228 bases of DNA from a phage: sequence record K01277.1, one strand, 5' to 3'. A program made the position numbers and the translations under genes. Of this stretch, positions 1-228 are shown piece by piece (the stretch's first letter is position 1; the number at the start of each line of letters is the position of its first letter). The notes below the pieces were generated by a model, which was given only the letters and a program-made list of their open reading frames with translations, did not search any database and was not told the origin of the DNA.

Positions 1-67
1 CACTGTCGGCGAAGGTAAGTTGATGACTCATGATGAACCCTGTTCTATGGCTCCAGATGACAAACAT
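1..67 (-). CDS. insH: IS5 transposase InsH/Ins5A, N-terminal fragment; 5' end of the gene, truncated by the window edge
   Basis: Minus-strand translation from the ATG at 67-65 gives MFVIWSHRTGFIMSHQLTFADS, the N-terminus of the longer annotated InsH form. A second in-frame ATG at 31-29 gives MSHQLTFADS, the shorter form. The frame stays open to position 1. Confidence 0.85.
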   Translation of the reverse strand, partial: MFVIWSHRTGFIMSHQLTFADS

Positions 68-83
68 GATCTCACATCAGGGA

Positions 84-99
84 CTTGTTCGCACCTTCC
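84..99. repeat. IS5 terminal inverted repeat (IRL, 16 bp)
   Basis: cttgttcgcaccttcc is the reverse complement of GGAAGGTGCGAACAAG. It lies at the outer boundary of the element, 17 bp outside the upstream transposase ATG. Confidence 0.85.
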
Positions 100-103
100 C
101 TAA
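100..103. other. Candidate IS5 target-site duplication copy (CTAA)
   Basis: The tetranucleotide ctaa directly abuts the IS terminus. IS5 is known to insert at C(T/A)A(G/A) sites, most often CTAA, and duplicate 4 bp. The other junction is outside the window, so the duplication itself is unverified. Confidence 0.45.
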
Positions 104-112
104 GTGATCCCC

Positions 113-213
113 ATGTAATGAATAAAAAGCAGTAATTAATACATCTGTTTCATTTGAAGCGCGAAAGCTAAAGTTTTCGCATTTATCGTGAACGCTTTCG
201 CGTTTTTCGTGCG
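113..213. promoter_or_regulatory. Putative intergenic regulatory region: AT-rich tract followed by operator-like repeats; locus identity unknown
   Basis: All three forward frames hit stops within 100-135 and no ORF with a start codon and ribosome-binding site is present. 113-158 is AT-rich (aataaaaagcagtaattaatacatctgtttcatttgaa). The motif TTTCG recurs three times (175-179, 196-200, 205-209), each within a Y-TTTCG-YR context, and overlaps the inverted repeat. No confident -35/-10 pair could be assigned. Confidence 0.3.
160..202. repeat. Perfect 9-bp inverted repeat (cgcgaaagc at 160-168, gctttcgcg at 194-202) separated by 25 bp
   Basis: Direct reading: the reverse complement of 194-202 equals 160-168 exactly. 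A nested 6-bp stem (161-166 gcgaaa / 175-180 tttcgc) with an 8-nt loop is also present. The repeat is certain; its function is unknown. Confidence 0.6.
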
Positions 214-228
214 CCGCTTCACTCGGCC

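Larger units (their letters stand above)
1..99 (-). mobile_element. IS5: Partial IS5 insertion sequence, transposase-proximal (IRL) end; the element continues beyond the left edge of the window
   Basis: Positions 84-99 (cttgttcgcaccttcc) are the reverse complement of the 16-bp IS5 terminal inverted repeat GGAAGGTGCGAACAAG. The minus strand of 1-99 reads GGAAGGTGCGAACAAGTCCCTGATGTGAGATCATGTTTGTCATCTGGAGCCATAGAACAGGGTTCATCATGAGTCATCAACTTACCTTCGCCGACAGTG, which matches the IS5 left end as I recall it. Recognition is from memory, not a database search. Confidence 0.9.

Noticed and set aside
85-119. Outward-reading hybrid promoter formed by the IS5 end (-35-like ttgttc at 85-90) and a flank -10-like tgtaat (114-119)
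   Set aside because: The spacer is 23 bp, far from the 16-18 bp optimum. No alternative -35 with correct spacing exists in the IS terminus.
118-135. Tiny forward ORF ATG AAT AAA AAG CAG TAA (MNKKQ*), plus an ATG-TAA pair at 113-118
   Set aside because: Five codons with no ribosome-binding site, inside an AT-rich tract; almost certainly chance.
131-159. Resemblance to an ArcA-type box (agtaattaat, 131-140) and an OmpR-like half-site (tgtttca, 146-152)
   Set aside because: These are short, low-information matches in AT-rich DNA that arise by chance frequently. They are not callable without a matrix scan and knowledge of the locus.
161-180. Hairpin (6-bp stem gcgaaa/tttcgc, 8-nt loop) as a Rho-independent terminator
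   Set aside because: The stem is short and GC-poor, and there is no U-tract after it on either strand (attta on plus, cttcaaatg on minus).
77-226. Minus-strand reading frame open from the right edge (226) across the flank and IS5 junction to a TGA at 79-77, which could be the 3' end of a gene interrupted by IS5
   Set aside because: No start codon is visible and the codons across 113-158 are AT-rich and atypical. An open frame of about 50 codons is not statistically meaningful over so short a stretch. It cannot be excluded without sequence to the right.
136-228. Second minus-strand frame open from 228 to a TAA at 138-136 (…KRRTKNAKAFTINAKTLAFALQMKQMY*), a possible C-terminus of a gene ending in the flank
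   Set aside because: About 30 codons with no start in view, so a chance open frame is likely. It overlaps the repeat block, which is better explained as regulatory DNA. Unresolved rather than disproved.
1-228. Any novel defence, toxin-antitoxin, CRISPR or other multi-gene system
   Set aside because: The window holds only an IS5 terminus and about 130 bp of non-coding flank. There are no CRISPR repeats, no tRNA-like structure, and no complete ORF other than the transposase start.

Overview
This 228-bp window is a junction between one end of an IS5-family insertion sequence (positions 1-99) and a non-coding, regulatory-looking flank (100-228). I recognise the IS5 end from memory; no database search was possible. 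Positions 84-99 are the reverse complement of the IS5 terminal inverted repeat GGAAGGTGCGAACAAG. The minus strand of 1-67 encodes MFVIWSHRTGFIMSHQLTFADS..., which is the N-terminus of the IS5 transposase InsH/Ins5A reading leftward out of the window. Immediately outside the IS end lies CTAA (100-103), the classical IS5 target tetranucleotide. The flank has no credible ORF; it consists of an AT-rich stretch (113-158) followed by a block of short symmetric and direct repeats (159-213) that resembles an operator or promoter region. I cannot identify the flanking locus from sequence alone. Nothing in this window supports a novel multi-gene system; the most interesting hypothesis is that the IS5 sits just upstream of, or within, a regulatory region.
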